DNA of 64,000 nucleotides from an uncultured candidate division Zixibacteria bacterium (GCA_963713865.1 OY970208.1:960001-1024000), one strand, 5' to 3'; shown: positions 15,834 to 27,092, counted from the first letter of the stretch. Numbers and translations are program-made. Notes: generated by a model not told the origin, from the sequence alone.

Positions 15834-18734
15834 TTACACTCCCCCTGCTACTAATTTCGATATAGCCAGGCATAACACCTCGTTTTTAAATGGCTTGATC
15901 AGGACCTCATCTGCACCAGCTTCTCTGGCTTTATCCTCTTTCTCTTTCAATATATGACCGGTAATCGCTATTACTTTTGTTTCCCCTTTTTTCTCCTTTA
16001 TCTTTTTAATCAGCTCTATCCCATCCATCTCCGGCATAGCAATATCGGACAGAACCAGGTCGAACTTCTCCTTTTCGAAATGTTCTAATCCCTCTTCAGC
16101 CTTCAAGGATGCGGTTACCTGATGTCCTCTGGATTCCAAATACTTCTTTAAGCCAGATGAAATTGCCTTCTCATCATCCACCAACAGGATTTTCAACCTC
16201 CTCTCTATCTCTATGGAAGGTTTAATCTTAATTTCTTTAATAGCTTTAGGAGGTAAGTTCTTTGAGACCGGGATTAAGATGGTGAACTTTACTCCCTTAC
16301 CAGCTTCTGATTCCACCTCTATTTTACCCTGATAGCCATCTATAATTCCATAGGAAAGGAAAAGCCCTAAACCGGTCCCGGGTATTTCGCTTTTGCCTAA
16401 AGCTCCCTTGGTGGTGACAAAAGGCTCAAAGATTTTTCCCTTTAACTTTTCAGGGATACCGCAACCTGTATCCTCAAAGATGATTTGAATATTTTCTCCA
16501 ACCCCTTCTACCTGTATGGTTAACTTGCCTCCTTTGGCTCTCATTGCATCCCGGGCATTGGTGACCATATTCAAGAAAACCTCGGATAGTTGTCCGGCAT
16601 CACAGTAAATCTTAGGGACAGGCTTGAATTTCTCCTCGATCTCTATGTTGAGCTTCTCCAGCTCTCGTCGAGTAATAGCCAGGGCGCTTCTTAAAGGCTC
16701 GGTTATGTCAATTAGCTCTTTCTTTGCTTCCTTATTGCTTGAGAAAGCCAGGAGGTTTCGGGTTATGCTGGAGGCACGATAGGAGTTATCCGAAATGATT
16801 TCGAAGCATTTCTTAATCTGTTTACGATCATCAGTGATTAACCCTAATTCTGCATTTGCCAGCATGCCAGCCAGGATATTGTTGAACTCATGTGCTATGC
16901 CATAAGCTAAGGTTCCTACTGCAACTAACTTCTCTGTCTGAATGAGCTGCTGCTGGAGCTGTTTTCTTTCGGTGATATCCCGAAAGATTCCAAAAGTAGA
17001 AGTCAATTTTCCATCTTTATCAAACCAGGGTGCGGCAGTTAAAAGAAGAAAATGTTTTTCCCCTTTTGCATTCATAATCTCTATTTCATAAGAGTCTTTT
17101 TCTCCGATCTGGCGTCTTTTTGTTTGTTCCTGGATAAATTTAAACTGTTCTGGGGAGGTGAACTCCTTAAAGTTCCTTCCAACTAAACCTCCCTTGGTAA
17201 CACCAAAGATTTTCTCTGCGGCTGGGTTGTTAAAAATAAAGTTCTCTTCAAGATCAGCTGTGGCAATTCCCTCACCCTGATTTTCAATTAGGAGTCGGTA
17301 TTTCTCCTCGCTATCTCGCAGAGCCTCTTCTACTCTTTTTCTCTCAGTAATGTCTTGATTCGCGCCAAAAGTCTTGACTGTACGACCCTGACTATCCTTG
17401 ATGATGAAGAAGCGGACGGTGATGTAGCCGGTCTCACCATCAGCGTAGATAATGCGGTGTTCCAGTTGGCGGCTGTAATGTGGATCTGTTGATTCAAGGG
17501 CTTTCTGAATCTCAATACCGACTACTGCCATATCGTCGGGGTGAACGAAAAGTTGAGCGTAACGGGCAGAAGACATCGTATAGCCACCGACTCGTTCAGC
17601 CGACGTGCGAAAAATAGCATAGAAGTGATCGTTGAAAATGAACAGGTCTTTAGCTACGTCATACTCCCAATACCCCAGTTTAGCGATCTTCATGGCGTTG
17701 GACAGTTGAGCTTCGCTGGTACATAGAGTCTCCTCCGCCTGTTTGCGCTCGGTGATGTCTGTATCAGCTCCCCTGTAACCTAAAAGATTACCCTTTTCAT
17801 CCAAAATCGGTACACCACTTATCTCGAGAATAATTCTATTACCGTTTTTGTGTATACCGGGATTGACAAATCTGGTGAAAGATTCTTTCCTGGCAAAAGC
17901 CTCAAAAGCCGCTTTCTTTAATTCATCCTTCACCTCTGGTGCAAAAAAATCATAGAAATATTTTTTACCCACAACCTCTTCCGGCTTGAAGCCAAGCACT
18001 TTTTCAATCACCGGACTGGAATAAGTGTATAGGCCATTTACATCCACCTCCCAGATCCATTCACCGGCACTTTCCACTACATCCTTGAAACGCTTCTCGC
18101 TTTCCTTTAATAACTCCTCTGCTTTTTTACGCTTGGTTATGTCTTTGCAAATAATCGTGAGATATTTCTTCCCGTCAATCTCTATTAAAGAAGGACTAAG
18201 ATCAGCGTATATCAATCCGTTACCTTTTTTCTTAAAGACGATATCATACCGTATTCCAACGTCTCCCTTTATAAAACATTCAATTTGATCAAAAATAAAG
18301 GGCAAGTCTTCTTTGCGGTGTATATCCTTAATATCAATATTCTTAAACTCTTCTTGAGTATAACCCAACATTTGAAGAAATGCTTTATTGCACATTGAGA
18401 ATTTTCTTTTTCCCAAATCTAAAATGCCAATGCCATCAATAGCGTTATCAAAAATAGACTTGAATTTTTGTTCGGACTCCCGCAGTGTCTTTTCAGTTTT
18501 CTCTCGCTTAACTTCAGATTTGTGGATAAAAACAAAAGCAATCAAACCAATAGAAAATACAACTATTAGATCAATAAATACTTCAAGTAACTTGTGGTGT
18601 GGAGCTGTTCCGAAGAGAAGATAAGGAAAATGTACCAGGTTCTCCAGCGTAATCACAATACCAAAAACGATTATCAGACTTATAAATATCAGTCCCGTTT
18701 TCCCACCGACGAGCTTTACCAGCTCATTTTTCAT
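15834..18734 (-). CDS. Hybrid histidine kinase with two TM helices, four PAS domains and C-terminal receiver
   Basis: Four DIT.RK PAS/PAC ends; AHEFNN H-box; GTGLGL; terminal receiver domain. Confidence 0.9.
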   Translation of the reverse strand: MKNELVKLVGGKTGLIFISLIIVFGIVITLENLVHFPYLLFGTAPHHKLLEVFIDLIVVFSIGLIAFVFIHKSEVKREKTEKTLRESEQKFKSIFDNAIDGIGILDLGKRKFSMCNKAFLQMLGYTQEEFKNIDIKDIHRKEDLPFIFDQIECFIKGDVGIRYDIVFKKKGNGLIYADLSPSLIEIDGKKYLTIICKDITKRKKAEELLKESEKRFKDVVESAGEWIWEVDVNGLYTYSSPVIEKVLGFKPEEVVGKKYFYDFFAPEVKDELKKAAFEAFARKESFTRFVNPGIHKNGNRIILEISGVPILDEKGNLLGYRGADTDITERKQAEETLCTSEAQLSNAMKIAKLGYWEYDVAKDLFIFNDHFYAIFRTSAERVGGYTMSSARYAQLFVHPDDMAVVGIEIQKALESTDPHYSRQLEHRIIYADGETGYITVRFFIIKDSQGRTVKTFGANQDITERKRVEEALRDSEEKYRLLIENQGEGIATADLEENFIFNNPAAEKIFGVTKGGLVGRNFKEFTSPEQFKFIQEQTKRRQIGEKDSYEIEIMNAKGEKHFLLLTAAPWFDKDGKLTSTFGIFRDITERKQLQQQLIQTEKLVAVGTLAYGIAHEFNNILAGMLANAELGLITDDRKQIKKCFEIISDNSYRASSITRNLLAFSSNKEAKKELIDITEPLRSALAITRRELEKLNIEIEEKFKPVPKIYCDAGQLSEVFLNMVTNARDAMRAKGGKLTIQVEGVGENIQIIFEDTGCGIPEKLKGKIFEPFVTTKGALGKSEIPGTGLGLFLSYGIIDGYQGKIEVESEAGKGVKFTILIPVSKNLPPKAIKEIKIKPSIEIERRLKILLVDDEKAISSGLKKYLESRGHQVTASLKAEEGLEHFEKEKFDLVLSDIAMPEMDGIELIKKIKEKKGETKVIAITGHILKEKEDKAREAGADEVLIKPFKNEVLCLAISKLVAGGV

Positions 18735-19142
18735 TTAAACATTCTCCCTTATTTGCTCAATTTAAACCTGTCAAAATTCCTCTTTTCCCTCTAATCTCAA
18801 AATTTTATTAGAGCAATCTTTCAGCTTCTCTCTGTCAATCAAAAAGTACAAACAACTAATGGAGTTTAAGGTCTCAATCCGCCTGATGTGGACTGGCGAC
18901 TTTAGCTCTGCCAAATAGTAAACCTAAAGGTTTACACTCCTAAAAAATATAGCTATAACTTAACCAGAATAGAGATCAAGTTATAATTGTCTTCAAACGC
19001 TTATCATTTTCAATGTGTGAATATAAAATTTAAAAGTTAGATTAATACCCCCCCTTTGAATAATGGGATAAGAGACTTCTTTATTCTTATCGGAATTATG
19101 ACAGGATTGGTTTACTGACAAAATCCCAGTATAATAAGAAAA

Positions 19143-19168
19143 GGGCAGGCACGAGACCTGCCCTTACA
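19143..19168. repeat. REP-like hairpin (possible terminator of kbl)
   Basis: GGGCAGG-CACGAGA-CCTGCCC-TTACA. Confidence 0.55.
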
Positions 19169-19193
19169 TTTTCCTTTTTACGTCTTCCTTTTT

Positions 19194-20441
19194 TTAAAGC
19201 CCGTATTTCTCGATTATCGCTTTTTTATCCCTTCCCAGGATATCATATTTTTTTCCAATTCTGGTAAAGGCATCAATCGCCTTATCCAGGTGTTGTGTCT
19301 CGTGGTCGGCTGAAATCTGAACCCTGATCCGGGCTTCCCCCTTTGGAACCACCGGGAAGAAAAATCCGATAACGTAAATCCCCTCGTAATACAGGTCTTT
19401 AGCAAAATCAGAAGCCAGCTTAGCATTGTATAACATTATCGGAACAATCGGATGAATGCCCTGTTTGATATCAAAACCGGCTTCAGTCATCTTTTTTCTG
19501 AAATACAGGGTATTCTTTTCTAACTTATCCCTTCTTTCAGTAGTTTTTGAGATAATGTCCAGTACCTTGCTGGCCGCAGAAACAATTACCGGCGGAACAG
19601 TGTTGGAGAAAAGATAGGGTCTGGCTCTCTGCCGCAGTAAATCCACCAGCTCTTTTCTGCCACTGACACAGCCACCGGAAGCCCCTCCTAAAGCCTTACC
19701 CATAGTAGTGGTGATAAGATCGATCCTGCCCATTACTCCGCAATGCTCGTGCGTTCCCCTGCCAGTCTTTCCCATAAAGCCGGTGGAATGGGAATCGTCC
19801 ACTAAAACCATAGCATCATATTTCTCTGCTAAATCGCAGATAACATCCAGCTTGGCAATATCTCCGTCCATTGAAAAAACACCATCGGTGATAATCATTC
19901 TGTGACGGTTTTCCTGAGACTCCTGCAGCTTTTCCTCCAAATGATCCATGTTGGAATGCTTATAAACATATTGCTGGGCTTTGCAGAGCCTCATCCCATC
20001 CACGATCGAGGCATGCACTAATTTATCCGCAATCATCGCATCTTCCCGATCTAAGAGCACATCGAAAACGCCGGCATTAGCATCCATACAGGAGGGGAAT
20101 AAAATGGTATCCTCCGTCCCTAAGAATTCAGTTAATTTTCTTTCCAGCTGCCGGTGAATGTCCTGAGTCCCGCAGATAAACCTGACTGAGGACATACCAT
20201 AACCTCTGGCATCTAATCCCTGATGAGCTGCTTTTACCACTTCCGGATGGCTGGAAAGTCCCAGATAATTATTGGCGCAGAAATTAATAACCTGTTTTTC
20301 CTGAGCCCCTTCAGGAAACTCCACCTTGATATCCGCTCCTTGTGGAGTATGAATATACCTCTCTTCTTTATTCAGCCCTGCCTCTTTGATGTTCTTCAAT
20401 TCATTTTGATAAAACTCTTTTGCCTTACTTCCATAAGCCAT
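19194..20441 (-). CDS. kbl: Glycine C-acetyltransferase (2-amino-3-ketobutyrate CoA ligase), PLP alpha-oxoamine synthase family
   Basis: [56 protein letters not shown]. Confidence 0.88.
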   Translation of the reverse strand: MAYGSKAKEFYQNELKNIKEAGLNKEERYIHTPQGADIKVEFPEGAQEKQVINFCANNYLGLSSHPEVVKAAHQGLDARGYGMSSVRFICGTQDIHRQLERKLTEFLGTEDTILFPSCMDANAGVFDVLLDREDAMIADKLVHASIVDGMRLCKAQQYVYKHSNMDHLEEKLQESQENRHRMIITDGVFSMDGDIAKLDVICDLAEKYDAMVLVDDSHSTGFMGKTGRGTHEHCGVMGRIDLITTTMGKALGGASGGCVSGRKELVDLLRQRARPYLFSNTVPPVIVSAASKVLDIISKTTERRDKLEKNTLYFRKKMTEAGFDIKQGIHPIVPIMLYNAKLASDFAKDLYYEGIYVIGFFFPVVPKGEARIRVQISADHETQHLDKAIDAFTRIGKKYDILGRDKKAIIEKYGL

Positions 20442-20528
20442 AAGACCTCCTGCATAATCATTTAAAAATTTTGATTCTATTCACTAAAAGGTCATTTAAT
20501 CTATTAATTCATCTTTTGGCTGAAGGGG

Positions 20529-20780
20529 TCATATTTTTACAAATTCCTTGAGCAAAGTGATAATATTATTTACCGAATCAAATGCCTCTGGAGTTGCTTT
20601 AGCATCCGGGATTTGAATTTTAAATTTTTTCTCTAAGAAAGTTTTTAAAGAGACCATCGAAAAAGAATCTACAATACCGGAAGAGATCAGAGGAGTATCC
20701 TCCTTAATCTCCATATCGCTATCCTCTTCCAGGAATTCCTTCTTAACGTAATCGATGATCATCTTTTTCGCATCATCCAT
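20529..20780 (-). CDS. Acyl carrier protein
   Basis: 83 aa acidic protein with the GIVDSFS phosphopantetheine-site motif. Confidence 0.88.
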   Translation of the reverse strand: MDDAKKMIIDYVKKEFLEEDSDMEIKEDTPLISSGIVDSFSMVSLKTFLEKKFKIQIPDAKATPEAFDSVNNIITLLKEFVKI

Positions 20781-20842
20781 TTTTTGCTCCTTTCAAATTT
20801 TATTTTAAGAATAGAATTGCTTAATAATCTCTTTTGTTATCA

Positions 20843-21035
20843 TAGTGCGAACCTTTCAGGTTCGCTAAGCGAGGCTGAAAGGAACTGTTGAAAAGTCCAC
20901 CCTGTCATTCTGAGGGAGAGTAACGACCGAAGAATCTCTTTGATTAATATGGAGATTCTTCGTCTCGCCTTCGGCGGACTCAGAATGACACTCTATTAGT
21001 TCCGTTTTTCAACATGTCATAAAAGCCTCGCACTA
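20843..21035. repeat. Nested palindromic/MITE-like element
   Basis: REP-like arms interrupted by TGTTGAAAA...TTTTCAACA, which encloses TGTCATTCTGAG...CTCAGAATGACA. Confidence 0.65.
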
Positions 21036-21045
21036 TATTTTTCTA

Positions 21046-22746
21046 TCAATCGTTTTCGAGAGTAGAGACATCTCCTATCGGCTCACCCCTCTCCTGTGCC
21101 CGGAGAAGCCGCCTCATTATTTTCCCGCTTCTGGTCTTGGGTAAGGACTGGACAAATTCTATCTCCTGCGGCATAGCTAAGGGGGATAACCTTTTGCGGA
21201 TGAAATTCATTATATCCAGCTCCATATCGTCACTTTTTTCAAATCCTGGCTTTAGCGCTACAAAGACTTTAACCACCTCCATATTTATCGGATCAGGTTT
21301 TCCAATGGCAGCTGATTCAGCCACGGCTTTATGCTCCAAAAGTGCGGATTCCACCTCAAAGGGACTGACCAGATGTCCAGCCGTATTGATGACGTCATCA
21401 ACCCTTCCGATAAACCAGTAATACCCGTCCTTATCGATACTTGCCCGATCCCCGGTTAAATACCATCCATTTCTGAATTTATTATTATAGATCTCCGGAT
21501 TGTTCCAGTAAGTCCGGAACATAGAGGGCCACCCTGGTTCTAAGGCGATCAGACCAACCGAGCCAATTTTATTTATAGGGTTAAAATTGGAATCCAGAAC
21601 AGTGGCAGTAATTCCAGGGAACGGTTTTCCCATAGAGCCGGGCCTGACCTCCATCCCCGGATAATTTGAAATCACGATGCTTCCGGTTTCTGTCTGCCAG
21701 TAGGTATCATAAAAGGGGAGACCATAAACCTTTTTGGACCACAAAACCGCCTCAGCATTTAAGGGTTCTCCTACACTGCAAAGGTATCTCAGAGAAGAGA
21801 GGTCATATTTTTTCACTATCTCTTTGCCTTCTCTCATCAAAAGCCTTATGGCAGTAGGTGCAGAATACCAGACCGTTATTTTATGTCTCTCAATCAAACT
21901 ATACCATTTCTCCGGCTGAAAGCCGCTATCTAAAACCACCTGAGTTATACCCAGGCTCCAGGGTCCTATAATCCCGTAGGAGGTGCCGGTAACCCAGCCC
22001 GGATCAGCCGTGCACCAGTAGATATCGTCCAGTTTTAAATCCAGGCACCATTTCGTAGTTAAGGACTGAGCAAAAATAGAAGAATGCACGTGCAAAGCCC
22101 CTTTTGGTTTTCCTGTGGTGCCGGAAGTATAATGGAGAACCGATGGCGTTTCAGGATTGCTCGGGAAAATGTCAAAACTTTCAATCCTTTTAACTTTCCT
22201 GACTGCAAAAACTATCTCTTTTTCCTCAAGTTTGAGATTCTCCTCCTCAGTTGCAATGATTATCTTTTTCAGTTGAGGTAGTTTATCTTTTATTCTCCTG
22301 ATCTTTTTCATCAGTTTCGTGGTGGTGATTACAGCAGAAGCTTTACCATCCTCCATTCGGGTTAGAAGAGAATCCTCTCCAAAAGCGGAGAATAATGGTG
22401 CCACAATTCCCCCCATTTTCAAAACCCCCAAGAATGAAAAATAAAGGTCCGGCACCCGGTCCATAAAGATGAAAACTCTCTCTCCCTCTTTAATTCCTGA
22501 ATTTTTCAAGAGATGCGCGTAGTTGTTAGAATAGACCTTAAGGTCATCGTAGGTAAATTTTTCAATTTCTCCAGAGTACCCCTCCCAGATCATAGCTAAT
22601 TTTTTCCCCAGCCCCATTTCGCAGATTCTATCTGAACAATAATAACCGATATTCAGGGGAGAACCCTCTCTATAACCTAACTCCTTTCTGGCAAGAGTCC
22701 AGTTAAATCCTTTGTATTTTTCTTCATAAGAACCTATGTTGCTCAT
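21046..22746 (-). CDS. acsA: Acetate-CoA ligase-like adenylating enzyme
   Basis: YTSGTTGKPKG, TADPGWVTG, VGEP, WQTETG, PKTRSGKIMRR; start at MSNIG after AGGAG RBS. Confidence 0.85.
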   Translation of the reverse strand: MSNIGSYEEKYKGFNWTLARKELGYREGSPLNIGYYCSDRICEMGLGKKLAMIWEGYSGEIEKFTYDDLKVYSNNYAHLLKNSGIKEGERVFIFMDRVPDLYFSFLGVLKMGGIVAPLFSAFGEDSLLTRMEDGKASAVITTTKLMKKIRRIKDKLPQLKKIIIATEEENLKLEEKEIVFAVRKVKRIESFDIFPSNPETPSVLHYTSGTTGKPKGALHVHSSIFAQSLTTKWCLDLKLDDIYWCTADPGWVTGTSYGIIGPWSLGITQVVLDSGFQPEKWYSLIERHKITVWYSAPTAIRLLMREGKEIVKKYDLSSLRYLCSVGEPLNAEAVLWSKKVYGLPFYDTYWQTETGSIVISNYPGMEVRPGSMGKPFPGITATVLDSNFNPINKIGSVGLIALEPGWPSMFRTYWNNPEIYNNKFRNGWYLTGDRASIDKDGYYWFIGRVDDVINTAGHLVSPFEVESALLEHKAVAESAAIGKPDPINMEVVKVFVALKPGFEKSDDMELDIMNFIRKRLSPLAMPQEIEFVQSLPKTRSGKIMRRLLRAQERGEPIGDVSTLEND

Positions 22747-23009
22747 CTGCAATAACTCCTTCTTTCGTAAAATCAACAATTCCAAATTAAACGAAATAAT
22801 AATATCTGATAATGGTTTTTGCAAGTGGAAAATTGGTAAGAATCTTACCTTATAAACGTATTATATTAAGTTCTCCTATTAGATATGAAGGTATAATATT
22901 ACCAGTGCGGATGAATACTTATTAGTTGAATTCTTGAGATATTTTCAACTATTAACTCTGAACCAACCACCGAAAAATATCCCCCCGCCGTAGGCGGGGA
23001 ATATTTTTC

Positions 23010-23081
23010 TGAGGGTGGAAGGGATTGAACCTTCGGCCACCTGCTTAAAAGGCAGATGCTCTACCACTGAGCTACACCCCC
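23010..23081 (-). tRNA. tRNA-Lys(UUU), 3' CCA not encoded
   Basis: GGGGGTG acceptor stem, TAGCTCAGTGGTAGAGC D-arm, TCTGC-CTTTTAA-GCAGG anticodon arm, GGTTCAATCC T-arm. Confidence 0.95.
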
Positions 23082-23280
23082 AAAATCTCTTTTCGTAAAA
23101 CTACTATACGCAAAAATCATCAAAAGTTAAAAACCTATATCTAAAAAAACAAAAATATAGATTTAAACCCATTTGTCAAGGGAAATGAATAGTGAGGACA
23201 TTCAATCCTACGGATCCGTTTACAGCATTTGATAAAGATAAACAGGCAGGAATTTTTGTTCTACCTTTAAAAAGCCCTAA

Positions 23281-23306
23281 GGGCAGACACGGGGGTCTGT
23301 CCCTAC
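23281..23306. repeat. REP-like hairpin
   Basis: GGGCAGAC-ACGGGG-GTCTGTCC-CTAC. Confidence 0.55.
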
Positions 23307-23357
23307 AAATACTTGCTTGCATCTTCCTGAAAAGTTATATTATTACTTAAAGAAGGA

Positions 23358-24155
23358 GTGAATTTGAAAAAGGATAAAGATTTTAAAAAAATTGCAATAC
23401 AGTCTGCTTTGAAGGGTGGGGAGATTTTGCAGGGATATCGTGGGAAGGTTAAAAAGATTGGTTATAAAGGAGTGGTGAATTTAGTTACAGAAGCAGACCG
23501 TTTATCTGAAGATGCAATTATAAAAATTATCCAAAAGAATTTTCCCGAGCATAATATCTTGACCGAAGAAAGCAAAGGATACGAAAAGGAATCGGATTAT
23601 AAATGGATAATCGACCCTCTGGATGGGACGACCAATTATGCTCACGGGTTTCCCGTATATTGCATATCTATTGCTTTGGAAAAAGGAGGAGAAATCATCT
23701 TAGGTGTGGTCTATAATCCGGTTTTGAAGGAGCTTTTTGTGGCGGAGAAAAACAAAGGTGCTTTTTTGAATGATAAAAGAATATGCGTATCAAAAACCAG
23801 AGAGTTATCTAAGAGTCTTTTGGCAACCGGTTTTCCTTATGATATTAGAGAAAGCCAGATTAACAATTTAGACCATTTTAAAAATTTTGCCCTTACTTCT
23901 CAGGCTATAAGAAGGGCTGGATCTGCGGCATTGGATCTATGCTATTTAGCTAAAGGTATTTTCGATGGGTTCTGGGAGCTTAAGCTTTCACCCTGGGATA
24001 CTGCTGCCGGGATTTTGATGGTGAAAGAAGCAGGTGGAAAAGTTACTAACTTTTCAGGTAATAAGTTCAGTATCTATGCAAAAGATATTTTAGCTACGAA
24101 TGGTAAAATACATAAGCAGATGATTGAGGTTTTGAAGAAGGGTAGAAAAGTTTAA
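23358..24155 (+). CDS. suhB: Inositol monophosphatase family protein
   Basis: [28 protein letters not shown]. Confidence 0.9.
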   Translation: MNLKKDKDFKKIAIQSALKGGEILQGYRGKVKKIGYKGVVNLVTEADRLSEDAIIKIIQKNFPEHNILTEESKGYEKESDYKWIIDPLDGTTNYAHGFPVYCISIALEKGGEIILGVVYNPVLKELFVAEKNKGAFLNDKRICVSKTRELSKSLLATGFPYDIRESQINNLDHFKNFALTSQAIRRAGSAALDLCYLAKGIFDGFWELKLSPWDTAAGILMVKEAGGKVTNFSGNKFSIYAKDILATNGKIHKQMIEVLKKGRKV

Positions 24156-24157
24156 GA

Positions 24158-25957
24158 ATGAATCAGAAATATATCAGAAACTTTTCCATAATTGCCCATA
24201 TCGATCATGGAAAATCGACTTTGGCAGATAGGCTTTTAGAGTTTACCAAAACTCTACCTCCCAGAGAGATGAGGGAACAGGTCCTGGATAATATGGACCT
24301 GGAAAGGGAAAGGGGGATTACGATAAAGGCTCATGCTATCCGGATGAACTATAAGAGTAAAGATGGGCAGGAATATATATTGAACCTTATCGATACTCCA
24401 GGACACGTGGATTTCACCTATGAGGTTTCCAGTTCATTAGCCGCTTGTGAAGGTGCGCTTTTAGTCGTGGATGCCTCTCAGGGGGTTGAGGCACAGACGA
24501 TTTCCAATCTCCTTTTAGCCTTTGATAATAATCTTTCCATTATCCCCATAATCAATAAAATAGACCTGCCGAGTGCACAAATAGAATTAGTAAAAGGTCA
24601 GTTAAAAGAGCTTTTAGGAGTTGAGCAGAAAGAGATACTATTAGCCTCTGCAAAACTTGGTATAGGGATTGAAGAGATATTGGGAGCCATTATAAAAAGG
24701 ATTCCTCCTCCTTCTGGAAAGGATGAAAATCCACTAAAAGGGTTGATCTTCGATTCGGTCTTTGACCAATACCGTGGTGCTATCCCTTACATAAGGGTTA
24801 AAGATGGCTGCCTGAAGAAAGGTGATCGTATAAAATTCTTTTTCAATCAGAAGATTTACGAAGTCGACGAGGTAGGGTATCTCAGGTTGAAATTAGTCCC
24901 GGCTGAAAAGCTTTCAACTGGCGAGGTGGGATATGTGATAGCCAATGTCAAGAATGTTACTGACACCAAAGTAGGGGATACCATAACCTTAGCTGATAAT
25001 CCGGCAAATGAACCTCTACCAGGTTTTCGAGATATCAAATCGATGGTTTTTTCCGGGTTTTATCCGGCTGATTCTGAGAACTATGAGGAGTTAAGAGATG
25101 CGATGGAAAAGCTAAAGATGAACGATGCCTCTTTGATCTTTGAGCCAGAGAGTTCCAATGCTTTAGGATTTGGTTTCAGGTGTGGTTTTTTAGGACTTCT
25201 TCATTTAGAGATAGTGCAGGAAAGGTTAAGAAGGGAATACGGTCAGCCGATAATAGCCACTGTTCCAAATGTGGAATATAAAGTTACCCTGACGGATGGG
25301 AAAACCATCTATATCGATAATCCTGCTTTTTTACCATCAACCGGTAAAGTTGAGAAGATCGAAGAGCCATATGTTCTGGTTCAGATAATCTCTCCTTCTG
25401 AATATATAGGTAACATCATGAAATTAGTTATGGAGAGAAGGGGTATTTATAAGAACACGGTATATGTAGATAAGACCAGGGTTTCTCTCCATTTTGACCT
25501 GCCATTATCTGAGATAATCTTCGATTTCTATGATAAATTGAAGTCTATCACCCGGGGATATGCCTCTTTAGATTATGAATTAGCTGATTTTAAAGAATCA
25601 GATTTAGTGAAATTGAGTATCCTGATCAATGGGGAGCCAGTGGATGCTTTATCCTCTATCGTACACAAAGAAAAAGCCTATTTCTGGGGAAGAAGCCTGT
25701 GTCAGAAACTAAGAGAGCTTATACCCAGGCAGCTTTTTGAGGTAGCTATTCAGGCATCTATTGGCTCAAAGGTGATTGCCCGGGAGTCGGTCAAACCTTT
25801 GAGGAAAAATGTGACGGCTAAATGCTATGGTGGTGATATAACCCGGAAAAGGAAACTTCTGGAAAGGCAAAGAGAGGGGAAGAAAAGGATGAAACAGGTA
25901 GGCTCGGTCGAAATCCCGCAAGAAGCTTTCTTAGCTATTCTGCAGGTTGAAAGATAG
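24158..25957 (+). CDS. lepA: Elongation factor 4 (LepA)
   Basis: [47 protein letters not shown]. Confidence 0.98.
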   Translation: MNQKYIRNFSIIAHIDHGKSTLADRLLEFTKTLPPREMREQVLDNMDLERERGITIKAHAIRMNYKSKDGQEYILNLIDTPGHVDFTYEVSSSLAACEGALLVVDASQGVEAQTISNLLLAFDNNLSIIPIINKIDLPSAQIELVKGQLKELLGVEQKEILLASAKLGIGIEEILGAIIKRIPPPSGKDENPLKGLIFDSVFDQYRGAIPYIRVKDGCLKKGDRIKFFFNQKIYEVDEVGYLRLKLVPAEKLSTGEVGYVIANVKNVTDTKVGDTITLADNPANEPLPGFRDIKSMVFSGFYPADSENYEELRDAMEKLKMNDASLIFEPESSNALGFGFRCGFLGLLHLEIVQERLRREYGQPIIATVPNVEYKVTLTDGKTIYIDNPAFLPSTGKVEKIEEPYVLVQIISPSEYIGNIMKLVMERRGIYKNTVYVDKTRVSLHFDLPLSEIIFDFYDKLKSITRGYASLDYELADFKESDLVKLSILINGEPVDALSSIVHKEKAYFWGRSLCQKLRELIPRQLFEVAIQASIGSKVIARESVKPLRKNVTAKCYGGDITRKRKLLERQREGKKRMKQVGSVEIPQEAFLAILQVER

Positions 25958-26028
25958 CTCTCACCCTCCCTTTATCCCACCTCTACGAGCCGTAATGCTT
26001 TTATCGGCCTTCGAGGGAGGGAATAAGA

Positions 26029-26219
26029 ATTGTAGTTACCCAATTTTATTGGGCTGAGACGGTAGCGTTGACTCTCCTGAGGCAACCTGGTGCCGTCCCT
26101 ATCCTGGGAACGGAGACTACGAGCCTGCCCGCCCTTTGGGCGTCTGGCGTAGCCATCGCAGGACTGGAGTGAGGACGCTACAGCCCATTTTTTGCTCAAT
26201 AAATCGAGCAACTACAAAT
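26029..26219. repeat. Nested inverted REP-like pairs (REPIN-like), GC-rich
   Basis: Outer GTAGTTACCCAAT..ATTGGGC / GCTCAATAAATCGAGCAACTAC; inner GTAGCGT...ACGCTAC with internal hairpins. Confidence 0.6.
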
Positions 26220-26339
26220 TTACATTCTCAATATTTATTGTATATATAAACTCTTTTCTATACAAGCTTAAATTTTTTCCTCATTTACCGATAACTTTAT
26301 AAGTAAAGCTTAATTTTACCTTTTCAAGGATATAAGATA

Positions 26340-26997
26340 ATGAAGAGAAAAGAGAAACCTTCTATAAAAGGTTATATAGAAGTAATAGCATTGGCGATTT
26401 TGATCGCTTTTATCTTAAGGACGTTTGTGGTTCAGGCATATAAGATTCCCTCTTCTTCTATGGAGGATTTGCTTTTAGGTGGAGATTTCATCCTGGTAAA
26501 TAAAATTTATTATCACTATAAAGAGCCCCAGCCGGGAGAAATCATTGTTTTTAAGTATCCTCTAAACCCCAGCAAGGATATGGTGAAAAGAGTGGTGGCT
26601 ACAGAAGGTCAAACAGTGGAAATAATAAATAAGATAGTATATATAGATGGAAAAATAGTACCAGATCCTATCCTGGCTAAACATATAGATCCTCGGGTAC
26701 TTCCACAAGATTATTCTACCAGGGATAATTTTGGACCAGCTCAAGTTCCAGCGGGCCATCTTTTCGTCTTGGGTGATAACCGGGATGATAGTCAGGATTC
26801 CAGGGATTGGGGTTTTCTGGATATGAATTATATTAAGGGGAAGGCAATTATCGTTTACTGGTCCTGGGCGATAGATCCGCATGCTCCAAAGTTTGAAAGC
26901 CCTTATATTATCCCGCTTTTTGAGATAATCTTCTATAATTTAGGACATCTCACCGAAAGATCTGCGTTTGGGTCGCATTGGAACTGTAGTTGAATAA
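26340..26997 (+). CDS. lepB: Signal peptidase I (probable 1-nt frameshift near the 3' end)
   Basis: IPSSSM serine, VKRVV lysine, GDNRDDSQDSR; after ~26960 an alternative frame gives LRLGRIGTVVE* typical of LepB ends. Confidence 0.9.
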
Positions 26998-27066
26998 AAG
27001 TATACAGTAGACAATAGACAGGAAGTAGGGGTGCCCCCCCTGTGGTCGCCCAATTTTCTATGATAT

Positions 27067-27092
27067 ATCGGCATTAGGAAATACCGATGCCC
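27067..27092. repeat. Palindromic repeat, copy 1 (copy 2 at 51297-51324)
   Basis: ATCGGCATTAGGAAATACCGATGCCC versus GCATCGGCATTAGGAAATGCCGATGCCC. Confidence 0.6.

Noticed and set aside
22850-23010. Prophage or island integrated at tRNA-Lys
   Set aside because: No integrase and no duplicated tRNA 3' end were seen in the window.
25972-26211. 79-aa minus-strand ORF, or group II intron domain V (GAGCCGTA...)
   Set aside because: The ORF runs through nested palindromes without an RBS; the sequence after GAGCCG lacks the domain V stem-loop.
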